Positions 23,261-33,715 of a stretch of DNA of 64,000 bases are shown one piece after another. The position numbers and the translations under genes are program-made. The DNA lies in assembly GCA_963741955.1 (NCBI GenBank), contig CAVUKB010000004.1:608001-672000 (forward strand), in the 5' to 3' direction. This DNA is from an uncultured Acidobacteriota bacterium (GTDB taxonomy: Bacteria > Acidobacteriota > Thermoanaerobaculia > Gp7-AA8). Every line of letters begins with the position of its first letter. Position 1 is the stretch's first letter. A model generated the notes under the pieces. The model was not told the DNA's origin. It saw nothing but the letters and a program-made list of their open reading frames with translations, and did not search any database.

Positions 23261-26200
23261 TCAGGCTTCGCCGAACGTGAGGTCGGGAGGGATGGGGGGG
23301 CGGTCGGCTCCTTCCTCCGGCATGTTCCTTCGGAGGAACTCCTCGAATTCGGCCGGAGGTATTGGTCTCTCGAAGAGGAATCCCTGCATCCGGTCGCAGA
23401 GACTGCGGTCGAGGAAATCTCTCTGTTCCGCGGTCTCCACCCCTTCGGCGACCACGCGCAACCGAAGCTTGTGCGCCATGGCGATGATGGCAGTGACGAT
23501 ATTCGCGGTGTCGGGGTCGGTGGAGATGTCGCGTACGAACGACTGGTCGATCTTCAGCGTATCGATCGGAAAGCGTTTCAGGTAGCCGAGCGATGAATGG
23601 CCGATTCCGAAGTCGTCGAGTGAGATGCGCACCCCCAGGGCCTTGATCTCATTGAGGACGGTGATGCTGTTTTCGGGGTCCTGCATCGCGCTCGTCTCGG
23701 TGATCTCGAGCTCCACCTGGCTCGGATCCATCATCGTCTCCTCGAGCACGGAGCGAACGAGGTGGACGAGGCTGGTCTGCTGAAGTTGGGTGACCGAGAG
23801 GTTGATGGAGACCGAGAGAGAGCGGAACCCGCAGCGCTGCCACTGAACGGCATCGCGGCACGCCCTTCTGAGAGCCCATGCACCGATCGCTCCCATCAGC
23901 CCCGTGGTCTCCGCGATGGGAATGAAGTCGGCGGGATGAATCAGGCCCAGTTCCGGATGACGCCAGCGGATCAGTGCCTCCATGCCGTGGACGCGCCCGA
24001 GATTGCGATCCAGGATCGGTTGATAGTGGAGGACGAACTCTTCGTTGATCAGAGCCTTCCGGAGGCCGGTCTCGAGGGCGAGCCGCTCGAGGGCGCGGGC
24101 GCTGATGGTCGCGTTGAAGAGCTGATACGTGTCGCGTCCGGCGTCTTTCGCCTGATACATGGCGGTGTCCGCGTTCTTGATCAGCGTTTCCGCGTCCTCT
24201 CCGTCATCGGGATGGACGCTGATCCCGATACTGGTCGAAATGAACGTCTCCTTACCCGAGAGGTGGAACGGGTGGCGAATCGACTCGAGGATCTTCGTGG
24301 CGATGAAGACCGCGTCGTCGGCCCGGGTGAGAGTCGAGAGAAGCACGGTGAACTCGTCCCCACCGAAGCGGGCCACGGTGTCACTTTCCCGGATACAGGC
24401 CTGGATGCGGCTGGCGACGTGCTGGAGCAACTGGTCGCCGACGTTGTGTCCAACCGAGTCGTTGATCTTCTTGAAGTGATCGAGATCGAGAAAAAGGACT
24501 GCCACTTTCCGGCCGGTGCGCTGCGCTTGAGCGATGGCGACCGACAGCCGATCTTTGAAAAGGAGCCGGTTCGGCAGACTGGTCAGGACATCGTGATACG
24601 CGAGGTGTTTGATCTGTTCTTCGGCATAGGTTCGCTCGGTGATGTCGCGTACGACGCAGACGAAGCCGCCGTTCTCGATGACCGTGAGCGAGAGCTCCTG
24701 AGGAAAGACGCTCCCGGAGCGCCGTCGTCCGGCCGACTCACCGCGCCACTGACCCTGTTTTCGGAAATCCGGCATGACGTCGTTCACGAAGCGGCGGTAT
24801 TCACGCGCATCGAAAAGCATCGTCCACCGCCGCCCGAGCAGATCCTCGGGGTCTGAATATCCGTAGAGCCGGACGAACGCCTGGTTGACGTAAGTGAACT
24901 GCCCGTGATCCGAGAGGATGGCGATGCCGTCCATCGAAGCTTCCATCGCGGCGGACTGCGACTGCATGGTCGATTCGGCGCGCTTTCTCTCGGTGATGTC
25001 GTAAACGAAACCTTCGAAATAGAGAGTCTTACCTTCCTCGTCTCGAATGGCGTGGGCGTTGAGCTGTACCCAGATCGCCTTTCCGTCCTTCTTCTTCCAG
25101 ATGACCTCGAGATCGGCGGCGCGGCCGGTGGACTCGTACCTCGAGACCACGGCGAGCCTGTCTTCCGTAAAGAAGTAGATATCCTCGCCGAGGTGCCGCG
25201 ACATCACCTCGTCGGGAGATTCGTAGCCGAGAATTCTGGCCAGGGTGGCGTTGACGGTGAGGAATTCGCCTTCGGGAGTGGACTGGTAGATTCCAACCGG
25301 AGCGAAATCGAAAATGCTGCGGAACTTGGCTTCCGATTCGACCAGAGCACGTTCGGTCTGTTTTCGATCGGTGATGTCGTGAATGATCGAGTAGAGCAAC
25401 TGGCGTCCTCGAATGTGGATCGGTCCGGAATGCACCTCGACGTCACGCATCTCGCCGTTCGCGAGGCGGTGCTGAAAAAGAAAGAAACTGCGATTCTGGA
25501 GCTTCGCCTTCTGCATCTCCGCCTCGATCACTTCGCGCGGGAGGGGATTCAAGTCCCACACGTACATCGAGGCAAGCTTCTCACGGCTGTATCCGTAGAA
25601 ATCGCAGGCGGCGAGGTTCGCGTCGGTGATCTCTCCCGTATCCGGATCGATCACCAGTTTCACGGCCCGGTTGTTCTCGAACATCTGCCGGTACCGCGTC
25701 TCGCTTTCGACGATGGCTTCTTCCTTCGTCTTGTGCTCGATCGCGGCAGCCACGTGCTGCGAGACGAAAAGAAGGAGGTCTTTCTCCCTCTCGCCGAAAC
25801 GGACCTCTTCGGTGTAGCTCTGGACGCCGAGGACACCGAAAGTCCGATCCCCCGACTTGAGTGGCACGCCGAGCCAGTCGACGCTCGGCGCCCCGATGCT
25901 CTCGACGTCTCCGGCGGAGACCATCTGCTGGAACGCCTCGGGTCCGACCAGCAGCGGGGTTCCCGTCCGAAGTACATAGCCGGTCAGCCCTCGGTCGGAC
26001 GGTTGTTCCGGGGGGGCGGCATCGATCTCATCGACGAAGTAGGGAAGATCGATATGGCGCTTCTTTTCGTCGTACAGCGCGATGTAGAAGTTCCGCGCGT
26101 ACATCAATTCGCCAACGATCTGGTGCAGTGATTCGAAGAGCGCACCGAGATCGCTCGCTTCACGGGTGACTTCCGAGATTCGAAAGAGCGCCCGTTCGAG

Positions 26201-26725
26201 TTTTTCCGCCCTCTTCGCCTCGGTCACGTCGGTGAAGTACCACGCTCGTCCGATGACCTGCCCGAGATCCGAGATCACCGGAATCGAGGTACGCGAAAAG
26301 ATGCTCCCGGACCTCATCTCGATGATGTCGCCGGTTCGAATCACGTCCGGATGGGCGTAGAGCCACCGGACATTGGCGAGAAACGCCGCCGGGTCGGCGA
26401 CCTGGGAGACGGCGTGCTGGAGGAGCGCATCGTTGGTTCCGGTCGGATCGAATCCGGTCGGGAGATTCCAGATCTCGAGAAAGCGGCGGTTGCAGGAAAG
26501 GACCGTTCCGTCCGTGGCGACCACGAGGATTCCGTCGAGCGTGGCGTTCTGCTGAGCCTGGAGGATGGCGAGGGTGGTTCGAAGCGAGCGGCGTCGCTGG
26601 TCCCGCCCGGCCGCGAACCGCCTCAGCCGGCGCAGCATCGTAGCGGGATCGCCGAAGCGTTTTCCGTTCCTCGGGTCCGCCTTGCGCCCGTCTCGTGCCT
26701 CACTCGGCTCGATCAGTTCCTTCAT
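23261..26725 (-). CDS. PAS/GAF sensor diguanylate cyclase/phosphodiesterase (GGDEF-EAL)
   Basis: ARFGGDEF, MEALIRW, LDDFGIG, AEGVE, several PAS/PAC (DITE) motifs; start approximate. Confidence 0.95.
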   Translation of the reverse strand: MKELIEPSEARDGRKADPRNGKRFGDPATMLRRLRRFAAGRDQRRRSLRTTLAILQAQQNATLDGILVVATDGTVLSCNRRFLEIWNLPTGFDPTGTNDALLQHAVSQVADPAAFLANVRWLYAHPDVIRTGDIIEMRSGSIFSRTSIPVISDLGQVIGRAWYFTDVTEAKRAEKLERALFRISEVTREASDLGALFESLHQIVGELMYARNFYIALYDEKKRHIDLPYFVDEIDAAPPEQPSDRGLTGYVLRTGTPLLVGPEAFQQMVSAGDVESIGAPSVDWLGVPLKSGDRTFGVLGVQSYTEEVRFGEREKDLLLFVSQHVAAAIEHKTKEEAIVESETRYRQMFENNRAVKLVIDPDTGEITDANLAACDFYGYSREKLASMYVWDLNPLPREVIEAEMQKAKLQNRSFFLFQHRLANGEMRDVEVHSGPIHIRGRQLLYSIIHDITDRKQTERALVESEAKFRSIFDFAPVGIYQSTPEGEFLTVNATLARILGYESPDEVMSRHLGEDIYFFTEDRLAVVSRYESTGRAADLEVIWKKKDGKAIWVQLNAHAIRDEEGKTLYFEGFVYDITERKRAESTMQSQSAAMEASMDGIAILSDHGQFTYVNQAFVRLYGYSDPEDLLGRRWTMLFDAREYRRFVNDVMPDFRKQGQWRGESAGRRRSGSVFPQELSLTVIENGGFVCVVRDITERTYAEEQIKHLAYHDVLTSLPNRLLFKDRLSVAIAQAQRTGRKVAVLFLDLDHFKKINDSVGHNVGDQLLQHVASRIQACIRESDTVARFGGDEFTVLLSTLTRADDAVFIATKILESIRHPFHLSGKETFISTSIGISVHPDDGEDAETLIKNADTAMYQAKDAGRDTYQLFNATISARALERLALETGLRKALINEEFVLHYQPILDRNLGRVHGMEALIRWRHPELGLIHPADFIPIAETTGLMGAIGAWALRRACRDAVQWQRCGFRSLSVSINLSVTQLQQTSLVHLVRSVLEETMMDPSQVELEITETSAMQDPENSITVLNEIKALGVRISLDDFGIGHSSLGYLKRFPIDTLKIDQSFVRDISTDPDTANIVTAIIAMAHKLRLRVVAEGVETAEQRDFLDRSLCDRMQGFLFERPIPPAEFEEFLRRNMPEEGADRPPIPPDLTFGEA

Positions 26726-26914
26726 GCGTTCAATCGATCGTCCGTTCCTCACGGAGATATGCCGGAATCGCAGCGCCGCGACTGCGAAGGGCATCCACGT
26801 GACGCCGGGCGAGTCAGCGTACGCGACAACGATCGAAGCGTTGCCGTTCGGGGCCACGGAATCGGATGCCTCCCGATTGTACGGTACGTCTGATGGTTTC
26901 GGAAAGCGTGGAGG

Positions 26915-27628
26915 TCAGGAGCCCGGAGGAGGTCCCGCCCCCGGCCCCCCTTCACCGTCTCCTCCGGAACGGAAGAACGACCAGCGCTGGAAATTCTGCA
27001 TCAGCAACATCCCTGCGACGATGGCGATGAAGAACTGGCGAAACCAGAGCGAGAGTGCGACGAGAATGCCACCGAAAATCATCGAGATCCATATGGAAGC
27101 GATGAGAGCACGCCGGGGGGAGGTGAGTATCCGGAGGAAGTTCTCCAGGATTCCTCCGCCATCCAGAGGATAGATCGGAAGGAAATTGAAGATCGCCCAG
27201 ACCAGATTGATCTGTGACATGAGCGGGAAGAGCGCGGCGAGCATCGGGTCGTGCCGCACGATCGGGACGGTGCGATACATCGCACCGAACGCCCACCAGA
27301 GGAAGACGCTGGAGATCGGTCCGGCCGCGCTGATCAGAATGTCCTGCCATGGCCGGGCTTTGCGCCGGTTCACGGTCACTCCGCCGAAGGAGCTGAGGTA
27401 AACCTCGCTGGTGCCGAATCCGAGCGCGGAGATCGTCGCCGCGTGAGCGAGCTCGTGGACGAGAATGCTGACAAAGAGAGTGGGGATCCAGAGGAGTGCC
27501 AGTCGGAGCTCGACTCCCCGTTCGAGATCGAGAAGCATGAAGATCCCGATCAGGATCAGGAACCCGGCTTCCACGTACACCGTGGTGAAGCCGAAAGATC
27601 CGATGTGCCAGCCACGCCGTCCGTTCAA
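26915..27628 (-). CDS. Site-2 protease (M50 family)
   Basis: HELAH, AAGP, FNFLPIYPLDGG. Confidence 0.9.
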   Translation of the reverse strand: MNGRRGWHIGSFGFTTVYVEAGFLILIGIFMLLDLERGVELRLALLWIPTLFVSILVHELAHAATISALGFGTSEVYLSSFGGVTVNRRKARPWQDILISAAGPISSVFLWWAFGAMYRTVPIVRHDPMLAALFPLMSQINLVWAIFNFLPIYPLDGGGILENFLRILTSPRRALIASIWISMIFGGILVALSLWFRQFFIAIVAGMLLMQNFQRWSFFRSGGDGEGGPGAGPPPGS

Positions 27629-27755
27629 AGAGTACTCCCCCGTGCTCGATGTCGAGCGCGCATCTTACTGCGAGCCTCGCCGATTGGCTACCGTACGGGG
27701 CCGGGTCTGGAGCCGAAAAACGGAGTGAAAGGGCATTCCTCCAACACCGGGACGA

Positions 27756-29834
27756 TCATCTGCGCGGCGGTGCCGGCAACCGTGCGGTCTTTTCGAAGGG
27801 ATCTGCGGGAGGCGTCTCTCCCGGCATCGGCAGGCGGACCTGGAACGTCGCCCCTGCGCCGGGAGTACTTCGCACCGAGATGCTTCCCCCCTGCGCCTCG
27901 ACGAAGCGTTTCGCTACGGCGAGGCCAAGGCCCGTCCCCGCGGAATAGGAGCCTCGAGTGTGAATCTGCTCGAAGTCTTCGAAGATCCGCTGATGATCCT
28001 CCGCGGCGATCCCGATTCCGCGATCCTCCACCTCGATGACGCAGTCGTTCCCTTCCTGCGTGACTCGGACTTTGATCACGTCTCCATCAATACTGAACTT
28101 GTTCGCGTTCGAGAGGAGATTCAGGAGAACCTGCTCGAGTCGGCGCGCATCCGCCCAGGTGATTACCGGCTGGTCGGGGAGCAGCAGCTCTACATTCTGG
28201 CCACGCTCCCTGAACAGCGGCATGGTCGATGCCACGGCGTTCCGCGCGACGTTCCCGATGTCGATCATTTCGTATTCGAGGCTGATCCGGCCCGATTCGA
28301 TCCTCGCGATGTCCAGCAGGTCGTTGATCAGGTGCAGCAGATGTTTCGCGCTTCGGGAGACGTTCTCGAGGAAGTGGATTCGCCGAGAGGAATCGAGCTC
28401 ACCCTCCTGCTCGATCATCAGCTCGGTAAAGCCGACGATCGAGTTCAGGGGAGTCCGCAGCTCGTGCGACATCTTGGCCAGAAATTCGTTCTTGTGGCTC
28501 GACGCGTCCATCGCCCGCCGGGTCTGATGGATCAGTTCACGTTCCCGCTCCGCGAGTACGGCGGACATCCTCCCGAGTCTCTCCGTCAAGGTCTGCAGCT
28601 CCTTGAAATCGGTCCCGATCTCACTGGTGTCGAAGAACGCTCCCTCGGTCATCGACACCACTGACTTCTCGAGATTCCTCAGGGGAGTGGAGAGCCGGCG
28701 GATCAGATAGCTGAGGGCCAGAACGAGAATCATCAGCACCATCACGTCCGTCGCGATCGAGATCGTGGCGATGCGGTCTCGCCGCCGAGAGAAAGCGGTC
28801 CACGACATTTCGTCGTAATGCTCGAGCGCATTTCTCAGCTGCAGGAGCGGTTGTTCGAGGAGCCGCGATCCGAGCACCGGATCGGTGACGATCGGTTCGG
28901 ATCCCGGGTCTGCGAACCAGCGCCGGCTCCGTCGCAGCAGGGTCGAGTGAGCGGCGGCCACATCTGCGGACGCGTGGCGGGCGAGAGGCGCGAGCCGGTT
29001 CATCAGCATCTCGTTCTGCCGCCGGGCAAGCTCGAACTCGCGCTTCGCTGCTCCGGTGGTCCGGTCGGCTCGGAGCGCGAGCCCCGACGCATAGGTCAGA
29101 TTTCTCTGGAGCTGATTCAGAACCCGATCCGACTGATGCGACTCTTCCTCCTGTCGCAGCCACTGGCGCTCGACGTCCGCGGAGAGGGAATGCCGGATCC
29201 CCGCCGACGCGGCCCACCCGAGGAGTATGGTGACGAAGGTGAGTTGAAGGGCACTGAGGATCGTCCGCGGGCGCCGGGGGGTCGTCCCCCGTCGGGCTCC
29301 GTCCATCAGAGCGGTGCCGAAGGCGAGGAACGGAGTCGCGATCATCAGTGCGGCGGTGAAATCCGCAACCCACCAGACAGCGAACGAATTCAGGCTCCAC
29401 AAGGAGCGGCCGGTGACGAAGAGGGAGCCGAGAATCGCGCTCACGCCGGTATTGAGGATGGTGCCGAAGAGAAGGAACATGATGAGCGATTTTCCATCGC
29501 TCAGATCTTTCGAGAGCCGGGGATTGAGCCGGAAGACGAGCCATGGGATCAGCCCCTCGACGGCATTGACCGCACCACTGAGGAAGAGATGGAACATCGT
29601 GGCGCCTTCCCACGGTGTGAGGAGTGTTCCGACGAAGACTCCGAGCGCTCCTCGAAAGCCGAACAGAATGCAGGAGACCACCGCGACCGCGGAGCCGGGA
29701 AAGAGGATCGAGATTCCCGGCTCGACCTGGAACGCGGCGCTGAAGCGGTTCAGGATCGAATACGCGAGGACCGTCCCGCCGAACTGCAGCAGGGGAACGA
29801 CGATCCTTTCTCGACGGGAAAGCCCGTTCATCAC
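27756..29834 (-). CDS. Membrane sensor histidine kinase (MASE1-like N-terminus, HAMP, HisKA, HATPase)
   Basis: FLAKMSHELRTPL, NLLSNANKF, GTGLGL; multiple N-terminal TM segments. Confidence 0.92.
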   Translation of the reverse strand: MMNGLSRRERIVVPLLQFGGTVLAYSILNRFSAAFQVEPGISILFPGSAVAVVSCILFGFRGALGVFVGTLLTPWEGATMFHLFLSGAVNAVEGLIPWLVFRLNPRLSKDLSDGKSLIMFLLFGTILNTGVSAILGSLFVTGRSLWSLNSFAVWWVADFTAALMIATPFLAFGTALMDGARRGTTPRRPRTILSALQLTFVTILLGWAASAGIRHSLSADVERQWLRQEEESHQSDRVLNQLQRNLTYASGLALRADRTTGAAKREFELARRQNEMLMNRLAPLARHASADVAAAHSTLLRRSRRWFADPGSEPIVTDPVLGSRLLEQPLLQLRNALEHYDEMSWTAFSRRRDRIATISIATDVMVLMILVLALSYLIRRLSTPLRNLEKSVVSMTEGAFFDTSEIGTDFKELQTLTERLGRMSAVLAERERELIHQTRRAMDASSHKNEFLAKMSHELRTPLNSIVGFTELMIEQEGELDSSRRIHFLENVSRSAKHLLHLINDLLDIARIESGRISLEYEMIDIGNVARNAVASTMPLFRERGQNVELLLPDQPVITWADARRLEQVLLNLLSNANKFSIDGDVIKVRVTQEGNDCVIEVEDRGIGIAAEDHQRIFEDFEQIHTRGSYSAGTGLGLAVAKRFVEAQGGSISVRSTPGAGATFQVRLPMPGETPPADPFEKTARLPAPPRR

Positions 29835-29860
29835 TCGCTGAATGCTTTCCGGGCCATTCT

Positions 29861-30032
29861 AGCCCGGAATACTCACGGGATCTCGTCGCGAGGAGGCCTG
29901 GATGCAGGGAAGATGGCGATTTTGCGACGAGACGTAGTCGCGCCACTACGTTGAGGAGCAAGATCGTCGTCTCACGCCCCAGAGAGGCCCGGATCGCGCT
30001 CCGCAGCAGAAGTCCCGTGAACACTCCGGGCT
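29861..30032. mobile_element. MITE family B copy
   Basis: Ends AGCCCGGAATACTCACGGGA / TCCCGTGAACACTCCGGGCT; interior matches the reverse complement of 44235-44408. Confidence 0.75.
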
Positions 30033-30119
30033 GATCCGATCCGCCCGGACTTCCTGATGCTGCCCGAAGCTTCGGCGTCGGATAGACTTCCGGGCGACGT
30101 TTTGATGGAGGAAGAGCCG

Positions 30120-31238
30120 ATGCGATTCGAGACGACTGCAGTGCGAAGCGGAGGAGAGGTCGACGAAGAGACCGGGGCGATCGCTCCACCGATCCACCTT
30201 TCGACCACCTTCGAATTCGGAGCCGACAGCAAGCTGATTCATGGGTATCGCTACGCGCGCGAAGCGAATCCGACCCAGAGCCGTCTGGAGAGCGCGCTCG
30301 CGGCGATCGAAGGAGGGGAAGCGGCGCAGGCGTTCGCCTCCGGGATGGCCGCAGGCGCCGCGGTGCTGCAGTCGCTCCCGGCCGGTTCGCACTTCATCCT
30401 CCCGGACGACTGCTATTACGCGTACCGGCTTCTCTCCCACGACTTCCTCGAAAAGTGGGGGATGAGTTTCGATGTGGTCGACATGTCCGATCCCGGAGGG
30501 GTGCGGGCGGCAATCCGCGACACCACGCGCCTGATCTGGGCGGAGACGCCGTCGAATCCGCTGATGAAGGTGGTCGATCTCCAAGCGCTCTCTCGCGTCG
30601 CGCGCGAGGCCGGCCGGATGTTTCTGGTCGACAACACATTCGCCACTCCCGCCCTCCAGCAGCCCCTCGCGCTCGGTGCGGACGTCGTTCTCCACTCCTC
30701 CACCAAGTACCTGGGCGGGCACAGCGACGTGCAGGGAGGTGCGCTGATGTTCCGGGCACGCGACGCGTTCTTCGATTCGGTGATGCACACGCGGCGACTG
30801 ATCGGGGGCGTCGCCTCACCGTTCAACAGCTGGCTCGTACTGCGCGGAATCCGCTCTCTCTCGGCGCGTGTGCGCGTGCATTGTGAGAATGCCCGTGCAG
30901 TGGCGGAGTTCCTCGAGTCGAGCTCGAAGGTCGAAGCAGTGCACTATCCCGGCCTCGAATCGCACCCCGGTCACGACGTCGCCGCAAAGCAGATGAGCGA
31001 CTTTGGAGGAATGATCTCATTCCGGGTGCGCGGCGACGACCAGGACGCCATTCGGGTCGTCGCAGCTCTCCGGCTCTTTACCCGTGCGACGAGCCTGGGC
31101 GGCGTCGAGAGTCTGGTGGAGCACAGATTCTCCACAGAGGGACCAACCTCGCCGACGCCGAAGAACCTGATCCGTCTCTCGATCGGACTCGAGCACCCGG
31201 ACGACCTGGTGGAGGATCTGCGAGAGGCGCTGGGGTGA
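30120..31238 (+). CDS. PLP-dependent trans-sulfuration enzyme (cystathionine gamma-synthase/lyase family)
   Basis: PIHLSTTF, YAREANPT, ETPSNP, DNTFATP, HSSTKYLGGHSD, SLGGVES. Confidence 0.93.
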   Translation: MRFETTAVRSGGEVDEETGAIAPPIHLSTTFEFGADSKLIHGYRYAREANPTQSRLESALAAIEGGEAAQAFASGMAAGAAVLQSLPAGSHFILPDDCYYAYRLLSHDFLEKWGMSFDVVDMSDPGGVRAAIRDTTRLIWAETPSNPLMKVVDLQALSRVAREAGRMFLVDNTFATPALQQPLALGADVVLHSSTKYLGGHSDVQGGALMFRARDAFFDSVMHTRRLIGGVASPFNSWLVLRGIRSLSARVRVHCENARAVAEFLESSSKVEAVHYPGLESHPGHDVAAKQMSDFGGMISFRVRGDDQDAIRVVAALRLFTRATSLGGVESLVEHRFSTEGPTSPTPKNLIRLSIGLEHPDDLVEDLREALG

Positions 31239-31402
31239 GAGACGAGCGGCGAGAGGCGAGAGAAGAGAGACGAGAGGCGAGAGACGAGAGACGAGAGGCG
31301 AGAGGCGAGAGGCGAGAGACGAGAGACGAGAGGCGAGAGAAGAGAGACGAGAGGCGAGAGACGAGAGGCGAGAGGCGAGAGACGAGAGGCGAGAGACGAG
31401 AG
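31238..31402 (+). repeat. Heptamer tandem array (GAGAGAC/GAGAGGC), about 23 units
   Basis: Directly visible immediately after the stop codon. Confidence 0.95.
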
Positions 31403-31408
31403 AAGATG

Positions 31409-31450
31409 GCGGACCTGTCGGACAGGTCAGACCTGTCGGACGGTCGGACC
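31409..31450 (+). repeat. Nonamer repeats (GTCGGACNN type)
   Basis: GGACCTGTC GGACAGGTC AGACCTGTC GGAC; related copies at 51088 and 57804. Confidence 0.7.
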
Positions 31451-31513
31451 GGGCCTCTCGAAATCCGATCCACGCGAGCGCTGTTGCTACAATCGCCCAG
31501 GAGGACCACCACC

Positions 31514-31801
31514 ATGGCAGACAAGCTCGAGATCACCTGTCCGTGCTGCGACGCGAAGCTGACCATCGATACGCAGTCGGGCGCCATCCTCTGGCACGAG
31601 AAGAAAGCGGCGCCGGCGAAAACGATCGAGGGGATGCTCTCGCAGCTCGAGTCGCAGAAGTCGGAGATCGCGAAGAAGTTCGAGAAGGAGATGGAGTCCC
31701 ACAAGGACCGCAGCCGCCTCCTCGAGGAAAAGTTCAAGGAAGCACTGCAGCGGGCGGAGAAGTCGAAAGAGAAGCCGATCAACCCGATGGATCTCGACTG
31801 A
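31514..31801 (+). CDS. Small Cys-motif/coiled-coil hypothetical protein
   Basis: MADKLEITCPCC...; GGAGG RBS and TGCTACAAT at 31485 upstream. Confidence 0.8.
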   Translation: MADKLEITCPCCDAKLTIDTQSGAILWHEKKAAPAKTIEGMLSQLESQKSEIAKKFEKEMESHKDRSRLLEEKFKEALQRAEKSKEKPINPMDLD

Positions 31802-31816
31802 GGGGAGGCCGATCTC

Positions 31817-32881
31817 TTGTCGAAGAACGATCCCGCACCAGGATTCGCCGCTCCTTCACTTCCGTCCGATTTCGATCCCGATGCCGCAGCGTCGGGATCG
31901 GGCATCTACGGTCTTCCCTTCACCGCGAACGAATCGTACGTGGTGGTGATCCCCGTCCCGTTCGAGGCGACCACTTCGTACGGAGGAGGCACGGCGCGGG
32001 CGCCGCAGGCGGTGCTCCAGGCCTCACGACAGGTCGATCTCTTCGACCACGAGACGGGAAAGCCGTACGCGGCGGGAATCGCCATGCTCGACGTCCCGGA
32101 GGAAATCATCCTTCTCAACCGGAACGGCCGCGCGGCTGCGCTCCCGATCATCGAGAGTGGCGGCGCGATCCACTCGGAGAGCGAACGGCGCGAGCTCGAT
32201 TCCGTGAACGCCGCGAGCGAGAGCGTCAACCGGTGGGTTCACGAGACGAGCCGCTCGCTCCTCGAACGAGGGAAGATGCCGGTGGTCCTCGGCGGCGATC
32301 ACTCCGTCCCCTTCGGTCAGATCGAAGCGTATGCGGAGAGATATCCGGGGGTGGGGATCCTCCATCTCGATGCGCACGCCGACCTCCGGGAGTCGTACGA
32401 AGGTTTCACCTGGTCGCACGCCTCGATCTTCCACAACGTGATGACCCGGATCGAAGGCGTGGGGAAGCTCGTGCAGGTGGGACTGCGCGACGTCGGCTCG
32501 GCCGAGAATGCGATGATCGAATCCTCCAACGGGCGGATCGTCGCGTACTTCGATGCGGATCTCTCCGCGAACCGTGACGAGGGGGTGCCGTTCGGCGAGA
32601 TTGCAAACGCGATCGCCGAAGCTCTTCCGGAGAACGTCTACCTCTCCTGGGACATCGATGGCCTCGAGCCGACGCTCTGTCCGAACACCGGCACTCCGGT
32701 GCCGGGAGGACTCTCGTGGAACGAAGCGATCGCGCTCCTTCGCGCGGTGGTCCGCTCCGGGCGGAGAATCGTCGGGCTCGATCTGTGCGAAGTCACGCCG
32801 GGCGAGACGGAGTGGGACGCAAACGTCGGCGCGCGTCTGCTCTACAAGATGATCGGCTTCGCCCTCATGAGCCAGAGGTGA
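31817..32881 (+). CDS. speB: Agmatinase/ureohydrolase family
   Basis: LGGDHS, HLDAHADLR, SHAS, SWDIDGL, TGTPVPGG. Confidence 0.88.
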   Translation: MSKNDPAPGFAAPSLPSDFDPDAAASGSGIYGLPFTANESYVVVIPVPFEATTSYGGGTARAPQAVLQASRQVDLFDHETGKPYAAGIAMLDVPEEIILLNRNGRAAALPIIESGGAIHSESERRELDSVNAASESVNRWVHETSRSLLERGKMPVVLGGDHSVPFGQIEAYAERYPGVGILHLDAHADLRESYEGFTWSHASIFHNVMTRIEGVGKLVQVGLRDVGSAENAMIESSNGRIVAYFDADLSANRDEGVPFGEIANAIAEALPENVYLSWDIDGLEPTLCPNTGTPVPGGLSWNEAIALLRAVVRSGRRIVGLDLCEVTPGETEWDANVGARLLYKMIGFALMSQR

Positions 32882-32897
32882 TTGGCCGAAGACTCCC

Positions 32898-33078
32898 AGC
32901 CCGTATTTCTCACACCGTCTCGACGCGAGGAGGCGAAGAGCGGCCTGGATGCAAGGCGCGCGCAGCTTCGTCGACGAAGGCAGGGTGGTGACTATGTCGA
33001 GGACCCGAAGATGTGCGCAACGCGGTAGACAGGCCGCTATCCGTCTCCGCAGCAGAGATGGTGTGAGAAATGCGGGCT
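32898..33078. mobile_element. MITE family B-related copy
   Basis: TIR AGCCCGTATTTCTCACACCGTCTC / GAGATGGTGTGAGAAATGCGGGCT; shares CTGGATGCA and CTCCGCAGCAGA with the 29861 copy. Confidence 0.75.
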
Positions 33079-33556
33079 ATCCGCGATTCTCGTCCTGCAC
33101 GGCGAGCTTCGCTTCGATCATCTGCGGGTGGTCGACGCCGAGGAGATCCGAGAGCTTCCGGACCAGATAGCCTTCGTACTGGTGGAGATTTCCGTCGACG
33201 TACACCAGCCGCCACATGGTTTTCACGATCTCGATCCGCTCCTGATGGGTGGTGTTCTTACGAACCATGTTGGTCAGGGCGAAGTGGTCGATCGTCCGCG
33301 TGCGGAGCTGGTCTGCGGACTCGATCAGATCGCGCGCTTCCTCGTCCGTCAGGTCGAACGCGCTCTTCAGATAACCGGAGAGATTCTTCTCTTCGGCCAT
33401 GGAGAAAGACTGATCGGCGTAAGCGATCTCGAGCAGAATGCCGGCGGTCGCGAGTCTCAGCGACCGCTGTTTCGCATCGGTCTGCTGTTCGGCGCGCCCC
33501 TCGGGACTGAGACGATCGCGGAGGGAGTTCATGAAGGATCCGATTGCCATGGGCAA
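33077..33556 (-). CDS. TerB-family protein
   Basis: LLEIAYAD...EE, MWRLVYVDG.LHQYE...RKLSDLLG. Confidence 0.85.
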   Translation of the reverse strand: MPMAIGSFMNSLRDRLSPEGRAEQQTDAKQRSLRLATAGILLEIAYADQSFSMAEEKNLSGYLKSAFDLTDEEARDLIESADQLRTRTIDHFALTNMVRKNTTHQERIEIVKTMWRLVYVDGNLHQYEGYLVRKLSDLLGVDHPQMIEAKLAVQDENRG

Positions 33557-33715
33557 AGTCTATCGGTTTGTCGAATCTTCGCCAACCATCTGGAATTCCC
33601 CGGCGAAACCGGACGGTTGTCCGATTCGGGAACGAGAAGCAGGAGCGGGTCTTGCGTGACCCACGTTCTCAGACTACGACGCGTTCGGTGGACGAGCGCA
33701 ATTCCGAGGAGAGCG

